A stretch of 61,024 nucleotides of DNA, the filler included, from Sphacelaria rigidula (taxonomy: Eukaryota): NCBI GenBank assembly GCA_964200075.2. It is 7 parts of 7 records of this genome, joined end to end, with 100 filler letters (N's around TTAATTAATTAA, not from the genome) between each part and the next. Parts side by side here need not be neighbours in the genome. Positions count along the whole stretch, not along the records: positions 34,930 to 43,561 come from CAXNAA020010543.1; positions 43,662 to 52,293 come from CAXNAA020010544.1; 5 more parts are not named here. One strand, 5' to 3'. The notes beneath the pieces were generated by a model. It had not been told where the DNA came from, did no database searches, and worked only from the letters and a program-made list of their open reading frames with translations. The position numbers were made by a program, and so were the translations under genes. Of the stretch, positions 37,135 to 49,796 are shown piece after piece (position 1 is the stretch's first letter; the number at the start of each line of letters is the position of its first letter).

Positions 37135-37355
37135 GAACGATTCGACTTTGCGGTCTACGAGGGAAAGGGACGGCCGAACTCTTCTCACGATAAAAAAATG
37201 ACAAACACCGGGAGTATTGAAACCAAAAATCCTCTTTTTGTCTGGGTGTCTGGGTGCCTGTGAAGTTCCTCCTGTGTGACCCCGGCTGAGCGCCCACATG
37301 TACCGAAAGACGTAGATCAGCGTGCAGAATAGATGAGATGACAAGACACACACAC
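37135..37355 (+). repeat. Dispersed (SINE-like) repeat; inverted paralog at 39655-39875
   Basis: Shared CGAGGGAAAGGGAC...CGATAAAAA and TGTGTGACCCCGGCTG.GCGCCCACA..TACC.AAAG. Confidence 0.8.
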
Positions 37356-37470
37356 AATGAAGAAACCTGTGTCCGGTGGCGCGGCAGGTGGCCTTGGTTT
37401 TCAAGGACATACGGGACTGGTGGGAGCAGACATTATTTCTGTACAAAACTGGTAAGTGCAATATCTTGGG

Positions 37471-37550
37471 AGGGGAGAGGGCGTACTCATTCGTTGCTTG
37501 CCTTCGTCGTTTGACCATTGACCACGCATCCCTTGCGAGACGGAGCATGG
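37471..37550 (+). repeat. Dispersed G-headed repeat copy
   Basis: GGGCGTACTCATTCGTTGCTTGCCTTCGTCGTTTGACCATTGACCACGCATCCC. Confidence 0.85.
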
Positions 37551-38530
37551 TGCCTTGGAGAGGGGGGAGGGGGGCAGGGGGCTGTTTTAAACAGTAAACA
37601 CTCGCTCACGCAGAATGTTCAGTGGGAGACCGGATGCACCTCTATACGCGATTTTCTGGATACTGTGCGTCATTTTCTCTTGGGGAGACTCCGGCTACCA
37701 GACGCATATATTGCCATTGTGACCTCAGCCGTGGCGAACGAACACACGAGCTTCGAGTAGTGTGGCAACTATGGACCGACGGGACAACACGAGAGGTCGG
37801 TCGTGTCCACGTTCGAAGTAGATTTACGCCAACTCGTCGTCGAAAAATTGTGGTTGGAACATGACCTTTTTTGTTAGACCAAAAGGCTAACATTAGCCCC
37901 AACCCCAACCCCAACCGAAGACCGACCGGAAACCGTCGGGCGGCTGTGGTACATGCACAAGGGGGTCCTGAAAAATGGGAACGAGATTTTTATATGGAAA
38001 CGAACCGAGGTCCATTTTTATATATATGATATTGAAACCTAGTACCCTCCCTCTCTACTTTCCCCATTGCCAAACAGTACAGTCCTACTTCATCGCACTT
38101 CCTCTTGAAGTCCATTCTCGTCATATCGCTAGGGACTCCAGATGCTAGCACTACTGTTACTTTAGAGTGATGCTGGGATAGGGTCTGCACTTTTGGGGCC
38201 AAAACCGGCCTGATTCAGGGGTTCCTAAAATTAGGAACTACACAAGAATATGGGTCAGGATATCCCCGTTTGCAAATTCATCCGGGATATCCCTAGCAAA
38301 TTGGAAGAAAAACCCTGGCGTACTCTCACCTATTTCGAAAGTCGTGTTTTGGATGAGATAAAGGGTTCCTAACAATTCTACTCTCAGGCCGTAAAAGTGC
38401 TGACCCTATGGCATCATCACTCTGACCACTATATCTCCGCACGGTATACGAGCTGTGCCAGCTTAAAAGCTGCTAAAACTTGCTCACACCACGAGTCCAG
38501 CTGCAGATTCTACTTTTTTCCCTGGACTGA

Positions 38531-38704
38531 GGCCAACTCTTATGGGAGCGTTTGAAATTTTATTTTGCAACAATTTCAGGGGTTCTTTTCTTTCTTTTTC
38601 ATCATGGTGAACGGGCACAAAATACACAACCACGGCAGAGAAAAAAACAAGTCGTTTAAAACCATCGCAAAATAAAATTCTAAACGCTCCCATAAGAGTT
38701 GGCC
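38531..38704. mobile_element. 174-bp MITE with ~38-bp TIRs, PIF/Harbinger (Tourist)-like
   Basis: GGCCAACTCTTATGGGAGCGTTT.AATTTTATTTTGC inverted at both ends; flanks TGA / TTA. Confidence 0.8.
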
Positions 38705-39209
38705 TTATGGCATTATCTTGTTTTTGCTGAAGTTTCAAATGCCCATAACGTCTTTTTTTTTCTTTTTTTCTTTGCTGGTCCCGTGATCTTCTGCATTTCG
38801 ATCATGAAAAGCTGCTGTCGAAACTTCAGCGTCCAGCTCCACATATCGCGCCGTGCGTCGCCTGAGCGAGATTCACACCTCCTCTTGGCTGAATTACTAG
38901 ACATGGGATTTATTCAAGGACAAAATATAAAATATTGGCCCAGACTTCTGAGTACATGGGCACCTTCCCCATGATCAGAAGATTGATACGACATGCAGAT
39001 CACGGCCAAACTCGTCTGTGTCGATGAGATATTGCTTTGAGAGCTTAAAGCCGCGTCTGTTGTAGGCCGGCCCAGGCCGTTATTACGACCATTGACCATT
39101 GCGATTTGACCGCATGCGTTCGAGTCGGAGAATATTTTATAAGACACGGCCATAGTCGTTCTCCACTGACTGTGTCGGACATTGTGTGAGAACTATCTAT
39201 CCCAGATTG

Positions 39210-39278
39210 CTTCGAGATTCGAACCCACTACCCAAACGTTGTGAGGCTTCGAGGTTACCCACTGAGCCACCGGGTGAC
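39210..39278 (-). mobile_element. tRNA-derived SINE head / tRNA pseudogene
   Basis: A box TGGCTCAGTGG and B box GGTTCGAATCT; no cloverleaf. Similar decayed heads at ~42105-42177 and ~34710-34780 (both minus strand). Confidence 0.6.
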
Positions 39279-39654
39279 CACGGGCTGTATGAATCAAACA
39301 TGATGTGCTGACAGTACAGGCAGAACTGTACTGTCGCTGTACTCGCTATTGGATATAAGTACTGTCAACAAGTACCGCTTCACCAAATGCGCTCGGACTC
39401 AAACACAGGAAACAGGAAACGCCAGGAAACGTTCTCAATTCGGCCGCACGAACTCGCTCGAGTCGAAATCTTTTTGAGAAGATACGGCCTGAGAAGCGGC
39501 CTCAGTCACTCCTACAACGAGGTCTTCAGATCCCCTTGTATTACGCGGGGCAGCAGAAAGTGTCGACCGCAAGTACTCGTTTCAGATCTTGGGGCTTATG
39601 GATGCCTTGAAGCAGGTGTTTGCCAGCTTTGGTTGTGTGGTATTATCGTCCGGT

Positions 39655-39875
39655 ATGTGTGTGTTGTCGTCCGTTCTATTCCGGACGCCGGTCTACACCT
39701 TTTGGTATGTGTGGGCGCACCAGCCGGGGTCACACAGAAGGAAGGAAGGTCAACACGGGAGCTTCTTTTTTATTCGTTTTCAGTACTCCATCTTCCTTCT
39801 GCGGTCCTCGCCCTTACTTTTTATCGCGAGAGGGGTTCAGCAGTCCCTTTCCCTCGTCGACCGTGAAGTCGAATT
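39655..39875 (-). repeat. Dispersed (SINE-like) repeat, paralog of 37135-37355
   Basis: Reverse-complement alignment by eye. Confidence 0.8.
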
Positions 39876-41399
39876 TTGTGCGAAAGACCACCAAGGAGAA
39901 CTCGTACAGTGAGTTTTAATAGTTGAAACAGTCAGTATTATGGTACGAGGTAATAAGAGGAGTGCAGGCAGATGGATGTTGCGGAGAAATTCTTGTAGAA
40001 GGGTATGCATCACCCGTTCTTCATTCACAGTACAGTAGTACTGTTCTGCCACCGGTATTTCCTGCAAAACACGAACGAGTACAGTGAGTATTCCGGTCGG
40101 AATACTCACTGTACTAGGGTGGTGCAGACGGATGGATGCTGCGGAGAAATCCCAAAGGCAGCATCAAAAGGACACGCCTCAACGTGCCAGTTATGCACCG
40201 CCAGCTGCGTTCACTTGCACAACAGATCAAGCACCATTTTGCCTGCACTTCAAGAAGGGGGCAAGTGTTACAATGCGGTGACTAGTGCTGTCATGTGCCT
40301 CACCTGCTGCCGTGATGGCCACAATACCTCAGCGCTCCCTCCCCCACCAATATTTTTTGTCGAGAACCTAACGCGAGAGCTGTTACGTATTGTGGGAGCG
40401 GTCTCAGGGGCAGTACATGAGTACAGTACACACAACAGTAGTGTATACTCTTGTATCTTCAGTGTCTCCAGTGTGTGCGGGTGCACTATGTAGACGACAG
40501 TTACGCCACGCATCAACTTTGGTCATGTTCTGTACAACATGGTCATTGGTGAATTGGCCACAGTTCGGCAGCGGGCAGCGGAGGGCCGGGGCGATGGAGA
40601 CATTTTCTTTCGGGTTTTCTCACTTACGAACGTCTTCATTTGAAGGATGAGAAGTATGACCTTTGTTATTCAAGGCAATTTCTGTATCACATCTGCTTTA
40701 CGCCTTGTGGTCTCCGAGCGCTATGTACGCTCGGACCAGAACGCGTCCAAAGCGCAATGCCACCACGCATATTCCCGGAGCTTTCCTCGGTGTGCTTTCT
40801 GTTCCTTTTTTATGTGTGACGTGATGCGAGGCTCTCCCTCGGACTCCTTCTCGCTATCTGTTGTGTACTGGTTTTCACACTTCTTCCCTGTTCGACTTCC
40901 CCGAGTCGTCACCCAACGTGCCACCGTAATTCAATATACAGAGCACTCGGCATCCGCAGTTAGACGCGCATAGAGACGAGATGTTATGCTGTGCAGAAGT
41001 AGTATCACGACGGAAATTGTCTCGCTCGGACGCCTCGCACGCCGCCAGTGAACCGACGTGACCACGATGTTGTGTCTATCGTTTGCCCGAGACTCGAAAT
41101 GTCTATCTTCAAATGAATGGTGTTACGAACTTTGGCACAGGCGTCACCGATGTTCACGCAGGAGGAGGAACCTTCAAATAAGTTGTCAATTTGAGCGCTG
41201 GCGGTGGCGTGCCGATGGCGACATGCGACATGGAAATGTGGCAGTTTAGCAGGAATTTTCCCCTCAAAATATAGAGTGGGCGCGTGACGTTATCGGTGGG
41301 TCGCGAGCTTGCAACCCCCCCCCCCTCCCCGATCTGACCACATGTTATATTTATTCCCTCGCAGCCATGTGCGATACGCCTCGTGGGCATGTCGAGTCG

Positions 41400-42040
41400 A
41401 TTATCCCATGAATGGATAGCGTGTGCGCCTCACATTTGTCGACCTGGTGACGTCTCCGCATCCAACCACACCTTTCCTCCTCGCGGTCATGCTCTGTGGA
41501 GATGTGGTAATGTGGCGGTACAGTAGTTCTTCCATAAACTCCACGGTGTGCGCCTCACGTAAATATTCGTCGTTCGCGACCTGCCATCCCGAATATCTGG
41601 GGGGAAACAAAATACTGTACGAGCTGGGCCAGCAGTACATCCCGCATTTGCATCTCCAACCATAATTCGTCGAGTTCACCGAATCAAATCGACTTGAACA
41701 TATCGCTGTGAACTGCAGACCAACCTGATAATGCACGGCACCGCTGCTGGTCGATTGGCGAAGTTATGGCGATGATGTTATTGTACTGCATTGAGTACAG
41801 CGAACGTCTCGTGTCGTTGTGTGATGGCGTGTCTGATGACGTTTTGTTTCACGAAATGCGGTGGAAATACGGTAGGCACTTGCGCCGCACAGGCACGCGC
41901 AGACTCGACATGAGCAGGCAGAAGCACACTGGTACGAGTAGTAGTGCTGCAAGATGGCATCAAGGTTGTCGACAGCTCCATCATGGAAGAGAGTCTCCCA
42001 GCCGACGGTCATTTGCCACCGTAAGAGGGAGAGGTACTAC
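41400..42040 (-). pseudogene. Decayed coding relic, possibly a DUF6729-type transposon protein; alternatively a host exon at 41434-41596
   Basis: Protein-like pieces VGWETLFHDGAVDNLDAILQHYYSYQC, FGELDELWLEMQMRD and YSGWQVANDEYLREAHTVEF...GVVGCGDVT, broken by stops and frameshifts. Confidence 0.35.
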
Positions 42041-42600
42041 CTCAAACCGCGCTATACACCCCGCAGATGCAAGGCGCTACACCAGATTATGCGCCAAACA
42101 AAAATGGTCGTGTCGGGATTCGAATTCGTGAACTCTGTTATCAGAGGCGGCTCTCCCAGTTTGACCACCGGGTGCCACACGAAAAATTGGATGATGTGGG
42201 TAATTCGGAGAGTTAGATGTTGAAACTTCGACACAACGTTTTCATAGTCATTACGCACAACATTTCGGGAGGTGAATCCGTATTTCTTTCCTTTTTTCAC
42301 GGAGTCAAAGCATTCTTCTGGTTTTTGCAGAAACTTCACATCACTCTAACTTCCTGTTTTTTGTTTTTTACACTGCACCTCGAGAAATGTTGTTGTGCGT
42401 AGTAATGATAAAAATGTTGTGTCAAAATTTCAGTGCCCAACTCTTCGAATTACCCGCAGCATCGCCAAAATATATTAAAAAATCACAGTCGGCTGGCTCA
42501 GCCTGAATCTCGTAACAACCCATTCACAGTCTTTGTGAATATCTCAGAGCACCCGAACGCAAAACTTTAGAATTTCGAGTGTCTAAGACCGAGTCTACTG

Positions 42601-43040
42601 GGAGCCGTTTAGAATTCCAGTCGAAAATTGCCTTTTTGGCCCTTCTCCGTCGTGTAACGCCTGAAAAGAGGGCTAGACGGCCGTTGACGCCTTGGAATGA
42701 CTTGCTCTACTCATTGAGGCCGTTCCAGGGCAACTTTGCATTCCCTGCTGATTGCACATTCATTTTTGGCCGAACACGGATACAACAAAAAACGGCCAAG
42801 CGATCAATAAACGGGGGAATTTTGATCACCTGACCGTTTTTTACTGAAAATTCGTGTTTGGTCTGACGTGGTCAAAGACAAAAGTGCGGCCTGCGGGAAA
42901 TGCAGAGTTGCCCTAGAACGGTCTCAACGAGTAGAGCAAGTCGTTCCAAGGCGTCAACATCCGCCAAGCCCTCTTTTCGAGCGTAAATCGACGGAGAAGG
43001 GCCCAAAAGCCAGTTTTGGACTGAAATTTTGGACGGCTCC
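42601..43040. repeat. Imperfect ~170-bp inverted repeat (42601-42770 / 42870-43040), part of a foldback-like element
   Basis: GAGTAGAGCAAGTC.TTCCAAGGCGTCAAC...CCCTCTTTTC...CGACGGAGAAGGGCC on opposite strands. Confidence 0.88.
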
Positions 43041-43450
43041 GATTACAAGCTGGTTCACGGTGATCACCCAAAATTGTGTCATCAGCAAATGCCTTCCGCA
43101 ATACGCACCCATTAGTCGCACGTATGGTATCATACTGACCACGATGAAGAGACGAAGAGGGTGACATAGCCGCATTTTTGTTCAAGGCCGTAGCGGTGGC
43201 GCTATGGGCGAAAATGTGCCCCAAAATCAGCGCCCTTCAAACTATTCCGAGATCGAAATTAAGAATACCGAGCTTAATGTTCACCCAATTTCTACATGCT
43301 TGCTTCAAATCGTAGTAACCGTCATCGACACGGGAATCTAACGAAAAAATCATATTTTCAAAACGGCTGCTACGGGGGTCGAATTATACCCGAAACCGTG
43401 ATGAATCGGTGATGTCGGGTGTCGGCGTCGTCTAATTTCCACTAATGATA
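43041..43450. repeat. Dispersed repeat, paralog at ~57670-58070
   Basis: GCTGGTTCACG...ATCACCCAAAATTGTG.CATCAGCAAA.GCCTTCCGCAATAC...TATGGTATCATACTGA shared. Confidence 0.85.
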
Positions 43451-43561
43451 CGCGTGAAAGACCCCGGGAGCCTCGTGACGATGTCCCCTATAAACAGCCA
43501 ATCATCTATGTTGAGGATGGTGCTTTTGATTGAGGATGAGAACCCGGAGGATTAAAATCTT

Positions 43562-43661
43562 NNNNNNNNNNNNNNNNNNNNNNNNNNNNNNNNNNNNNNN
43601 NNNNNTTAATTAATTAANNNNNNNNNNNNNNNNNNNNNNNNNNNNNNNNNNNNNNNNNNNN
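43562..43661. other. Artificial contig spacer
   Basis: N44-TTAATTAATTAA-N44. Confidence 0.99.
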
Positions 43662-45507
43662 AGGGACATTAGGCCGACAAGAACGTCATTGGGCACCGTC
43701 GCTGAAAGTGTGGGTAAAGCACTGTTTTAGGCTTGAACCCCATCTCGGGGTTAAACCTCGATTCGCACAATTTGTTGATATGTCGCGAGAATATGGCGAT
43801 TTCCAAGAATTCCCAGCCAAATATTCTCATTTCCTGTAAACGAACCTTGAGAAAATTATGCCTTGATCGCATCTTCCAACCACAAACGCCAGGTTTATCT
43901 GTTTCCCTTTCTATGTCAGGCGCTCGGGCGAGAAGCCACTCCATCACATGCGTTGAACTATACGCCTGTTTCAACGGTCAACGTCCGTAAATTTCCACTG
44001 CTATAAAAAACAAAAAAACGCAAGGCCATGGGACGGAGCGTCTGGGAAGTAGAAGGAGTCCACAAACACCGAGTGACTCTGACTATTTTCTCCCCCGTTG
44101 TTCATTTTTTTTCCTTCTTTTCTCACAAACAACAAGAACCGAGAACAAAGCGAAAACACACACGCACAGAAAAGTCTATTTCGTCGAGTAAAAGAATAAT
44201 TTTCGTTGCTTTTCTCGCAACTTCTTTCAAGGGTGTAGAGGGTGGGGGGAATTTCGACCAACTCACTTGACGGGCAGAACGCGCATACCATCAAAAAGTA
44301 GTGGGGTACGGGGGGTGGGGGGGAGGGAGAGGGGGCAGGGGGAACTACATGTATAAACCGAGCGCTGTCATTCTCTAATCCAAATATATGCCGAGGCGAA
44401 AAAGCAAGCACTCGTCCAGACCAGATGTCAGGGGACCATTTCATGTCCCCTGCTTGGGTCGAGCGCATCCTCTAAGGCGTAATCTACGAGCTCATCATAT
44501 CGTTCCAAGGGTCCCAGAACAATAGCATCCACTTGGAACTCGAGCAAAACTAGCGTACCTGCTGCTTCTACATGTCTCCGTTGTCACTGAAGTAAGTACA
44601 GAGGCGTAGTAGCAACAGCTGAGTAAAGCAGCTACATGCCCTGAACAACTTAAAAGTAGTGAAGCTACTCTCCGCCCCCACCCCCTGACGTCCACCCAAC
44701 GAGGACCGCGTCATCACAGTCTGCTCCACTTCTTGGGCACGCGGTGAACGAATCGAAGGGGGCGGGGCGAGGTGCAGCAGGGAGGGTACAATCACGCACA
44801 CGCGGCGCACCCGTTTGCTTGGACGCGATTTATCGCATCGACTTTCCCCGACTTAACACCGAAACAATCGACAAATCCAAACAATCAAATTGGAAACCAT
44901 CATCGAAATAGACACGCACATACACAAAACTATCTTGTCCCGAGAGAACAACTCTTTAACAATAAAATAATTCACAATCGGCTTTCGCCTTCTGACCGCA
45001 GTACCCCACTACAGTGCATTGTCCATTCATCATAGCCTCGTCACCACAGAAGGTGACAAAAGTACTCGCAAAGCGCCGCCCGCTGCGATTCACCACGATC
45101 AACACCACCCACAATCTAGGCGCACAAATTTCTTTCAGTGTAACGCCAAATATACGACTAAAAAGACCCGAGCGTGGAGATCTTGCAGATATTCGAGTTT
45201 GTATACTGAAAAAAACACCATATACAAGCGTGGAGATCTTGCAAATATTCGAGTTTGAGTAATTAAAAAAGACGTCAAGAACACCCGACGACATGAACAT
45301 CATCGAACACATCTTTTCGCTTGCCGCCTGGGGTGTTGAATCTTTTTCACCGAGCATGAAAACAAGCCGACCACCTTACGTCATCATTCATAATCCAGTA
45401 CGACCGTAAATATGTCGACGACCCCCGGACAGGGCCGCAAGGGAAACGAACGTACAGCAGGAAAAAAGTGGGGGCGCGGGGGGGGGGGGGTCATTGGAGA
45501 GGGTTAC

Positions 45508-46182
45508 TTAAAATGATGAGTTGTCTCCGTCGCGTCCACAAGGAGGCAGCACAGCGCTGCCCCAGGACGATCCACCACCTGCACTCTGCTGCACGTTACC
45601 ATCACCTCCACCGCCTATGACATCCCATAGAAGAGGCTGTCTCGTTCGAACCTTGGCTACCGCATACCGCGACTGCCCGTGGTCACCAACACGCGCGTCA
45701 TCTTGACCGGCGCCCGCTCCGGCACCCCCTCCATCACACGTCGTCCACCCAACACCGACTGCACCGTCACCGCCGGGGCCTCCAGAAACCTGTATCCAAC
45801 GTTTTTCGCCACCGCCACCGCCAACCGAGCCAACCGAACTCAGCGCGGCGGCCAGAGGCGCGGATGCCGGGGGCGTGTTGGGCTTCCCCTTGGGCTGCTG
45901 CTGCACGAGAAACCCTGGAGGCGCACCTGTTTTTGTGCTGCTGTAGGTATCGTAGCTTCCTGCTGAACGGAGCCCCGCGTCCGCGTTGCCGCCGCCTCCA
46001 CACCTTCCTCCACCCTCGCCTCCGAGGCCGCCTGACGGCGCATGGATGCGGCTCCCTCTATTGGCTATAGGTTGCAGGAGTGGAGTGTTGCAGGTGCGCC
46101 GAGGGGGAGGATGCCCACCGGTGGGATCGAAGCCTGGTTTGTAGGCGGCGAATCCGCTGGGGCTTATGGCCTCCCTAAGCAT
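45508..46182 (-). CDS. RRM gene exon 3 (last; Gly-rich disordered tail)
   Basis: accag| acceptor at 46183, phase 0 matches the exon 2 donor; TAA at 45508. Confidence 0.75.
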   Translation of the reverse strand: MLREAISPSGFAAYKPGFDPTGGHPPPRRTCNTPLLQPIANRGSRIHAPSGGLGGEGGGRCGGGGNADAGLRSAGSYDTYSSTKTGAPPGFLVQQQPKGKPNTPPASAPLAAALSSVGSVGGGGGEKRWIQVSGGPGGDGAVGVGWTTCDGGGAGAGAGQDDARVGDHGQSRYAVAKVRTRQPLLWDVIGGGGDGNVQQSAGGGSSWGSAVLPPCGRDGDNSSF

Positions 46183-47345
46183 CTGGTAGTTTGAGGGCGA
46201 AACAAATTAGGGAACACAAAGATTCGAGCGGAGAGGGGTAGGGGGGGGGGGGGGGGGGAAACGAGAAAGTCGAAACTGTAGAAAGCTTCATGAACACGTG
46301 TGTGCTCGAGTAGCGAACCCCTAGCCGGGAACAAGACAATCGGGAACGAGACAAGAGAGGTCAGGGAAGGGGACAGAGTCGAAAGTACATGGCACGGTCG
46401 TCGAGGCGCTATATTCGAGGCAAGGGTGAAGAGATATGTTCGGGGAAGTATATGAAAGAATATTCGCCTGTAACACGCAAGACTCCACGAAACAAGCCGG
46501 AGTATCGTTGTGCGAGTCACATCGAGAGATCCATCGTTGATTGCATCATGTTCCACACGAAATACTAACGAATTCCGAACGGAAAAGTAGGCTGGAAAAA
46601 ACTGCGGTGAACGCCCCAGAACTATGATACTGGAACGGCGCATGTGATACCCGCTGATCCTGTTGGGATATATATAGTCACACCACAAAATCAATTTTTT
46701 CTCCTTGCCGTTGTCTTGAAAGTATGAAACCAATTTTGACTGATTTTACAGTTTTGGGGCCGTCGAGATGTCCTGTGTGTGTCAGTTTTCTGCTGCATTT
46801 ATTTTCCGCGTGGTAACCGCGGACAAATATCGGTTCGGCTACTTCCCTAGATTCACTTATCTTGTCGTTTTCTTGGAACTGTGACGCATATGTCGGAAAG
46901 TTTAAATGGTTTGGAGCTGTCGGTGTCCTGCATGTTATATCCGATATGTATTCATCTCCCGCATGGTAACCACAGGCGAGTTTCGGCATGCCGTGTCGCA
47001 TTCCTGATGTTTTGTTCCGTGGCTGACTGATAGTTGTGTTGGCAGCAACAAGCTCGAAGCGGTGGTGGTGCGTGATAATGTATGGCATACTTTATCCGAG
47101 ATACCGTTCGTATAACGTAATTGGGTCGGATATGACGGACGTGGCATCGACTGGATCGGAGGAGGAGTGGGGGTATGCAGCAACAAAATCGGCGCAAAAC
47201 GAGAGACCAAAACAATCATCAAGCAGCGGAATACAGGTGCAATTTTTCAATCGTCAACATCACTACTCGATTCGTGGGAGAAAAAAAAAGAAAGTATCGT
47301 TTGCAAACTTCTCGGCTTGGCGTCATCACATCAAGTCGAACTCAC

Positions 47346-49796
47346 GTCTGGATCGCTGAACCGTCTTTGGGCGGTACCGTTTGGAGTGGCGCAGGAGTCA
47401 ACTTCGCTCGTTCGACTACCCCGTCGCTGGTGCAGCAGCTGCTGCTGCTGCTTCCAACCCGCTTCTCGTCGCTGCAGCGCGCCAGCTGCCCCGTTGTTGT
47501 CACCCGTCAGGACCCCGGTCGGCTCGCGAGAGCCACGTCCACCGAACTCCATGAGATCCACCTGATGCGGCGGCGATGGATTCCCGCGGTAATGGTAGCC
47601 CCCACCGCCGGGTGCACAACACTCCGACGACGGGCTTTCGCCCTTGTCCCGGAAACCACGATCCATCCATGCGGTGAAGGTCATACTGCCATCTTCGCCG
47701 CCCCTACGTCTGCTCCCTTGCGCCGCCGACGCTGACCAGGGCTCGCCGACACGATCCACGAGAAGATATTCCGGCTCCCAGGAGCTGCTGCCACCACTGC
47801 GGGGGTGTCCGCGGTGCTGTTGGCGAGGTTGGTCTTCGTTTCCATCTCTTTTGCGAGGGGGGTTCGCACTACATGAGCGCGTAAGGAAGTGCAGGTCATC
47901 ACCGTCCGCGGCGAGAGCTCCGCCAATGCTGCCGCCGCGAGTACTACCGTTGAGAAACATGTGCACCGCGTGGCGGTCAGAATCACATGGGTGATGGGAG
48001 CGTCCACTTGAACATTTTGGAACTCCGGTGCTAGTGCTGGAAGAACGCCGGATGTCATTGGGGCCCAACTCCTGGGCACCGCCACGGTAGCGATCAAGGT
48101 CAGAGGACTCGAAGGCCGACGCAGGGCGAGGGCCGGCAGCAGGGTGGCCAGAGGACGAATGAGATGAAAAAAGTGGCTGGACAAACCCGCGCCGTACATC
48201 TGACTCCGGCTGCTGCTGCTGCTGCTGCGAAGCCGGCGGCGGCCCGCCTGCACCGGTGCTACGGCCGCGAGGATAGGCAGGATGACCGTGAGCGCCCGCT
48301 GGAGTGCTGAAAGGACCGGCATACGAATCTGCTCGAGCCCTGCCGTTACCAGCGCCGCCACCGTCACAGGAATTTTGTCTTCCGAGGGAGGAGGAAGGAA
48401 TCGCATCGTAATACGATCGCCTACGCAGCGAAGACGGCCCTTCACTCCTGGGATCCGTAACCGTGTAAGTCTTGCCATCTCGATCCCTTTCCGCCGCAGC
48501 AACCCCGGAGGACGACACAGAACCGCCGGTGTACGACATGTGGTGACGGTGACCGCCCGCCGGCGACCCGCCCAACCCCAGTAGTTGTTGCTGCGGATGC
48601 TGATGAGGACTTTGGTGGTGCGTGTATTGTTGATACTGCCTCGCTGTTCCACGATTGTTGTTATAGCCTGCACGGGTGACTTCATGCCAGCGTGGAGATG
48701 GCTCCGACACATGCCGGACCATCCCTGCAAGATTGCGCCTGTGCCACTCGGGTGCTCCCGCGCCGCCACCACGTACTCCGCCCTGCCCCATCGACCTCCC
48801 CCTGGCGTGGTGCTGCACCCCGGGCGGCATGGGTCTGTTGTCGATCGGCGCGCCCATTTCTTGGGTGGCGCAGGGACCTTTGATGCCTCCGTTGAGGTGG
48901 ATGTGATAGCGCAGTGGATCTGCCCAGTCCACCTTCAGCATTGCTCCGCCCACGATCAGCGGGACGCCACGCGTGGCGGTGGGAGTGTCCTTGCTCCACC
49001 CATGGAACGGCTCTCTGGTGCCCGAGGCGCCGGCGTTGCTGGCGTCTAGTTGGGTTGCAGCCGAGAGTGTCCTCTCGTTGTTAAAGAGGGTACTAAAGCT
49101 ACCGACGCCACCGCTATTGGATTCCTCACCCGTCACGTCACCTTCGGATTTTCGCTGCTGTCCCCAGGGGTTCAGTGCGTCAAGACCAGCAGCCATGTTG
49201 ACGTTGCCCCCGTCACTGTTCATGTTGCCGTTGTTCCTGCCGCCAACGACAACAGTACTGTCGCAGCTGTGGTGGTCGCGAAAGTCCAGGGGGCTGCCAT
49301 CGCCGTAAAGGAAGCTATGATTGCAGGCTGCTGGTTCGGTGGTGCTGGTAACGGCGGCAGCGGTGCTGGGAGAAGCGATTGTGCTTGTTGAAGACAGCGA
49401 CGGACCTCCTGATGCAGCATCGCCGGCTTGTAAAATTCCGTGCAGCTCCGGAATAGCGGCAGAAAGGGACACGCCACAACTCATCTCTGGACAACTGCTG
49501 CTGCTGAGGCCGCGCGTCTCGCGGTCGAACGCGTAACTGCTGTTTTCGGCGCTGCTGGTGACATCTGTCCCTGCCACCGAGCCCATGCCAGCCACTTCAC
49601 TAGCGACATCGCTGGCGCGCCCGTCCAAAAACGAAGGTGGTGCCGCGGCGCCTGCATGTGTGGCCTGGGGTTCAACCTGATGGCGTTCAAATACAAGCGC
49701 GGCTGCGGCGTGGGAGCTGAACTCTAGGAAGCAGAACGTGCGAATTTTACACCTGTCCTCACGGTCCGGGATGGGCTCAACTTTCCTCAAGCCAGG
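47346..49796 (-). CDS. RRM gene exon 2 (RRM2 remainder with long insertion; low-complexity region)
   Basis: ggcag| acceptor, PGLRKVE...RTFCFLEFSSHAAA (RNP1-like), later LKVDWADP; donor GAC|gtgagt; 2451 bp open. Confidence 0.85.
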
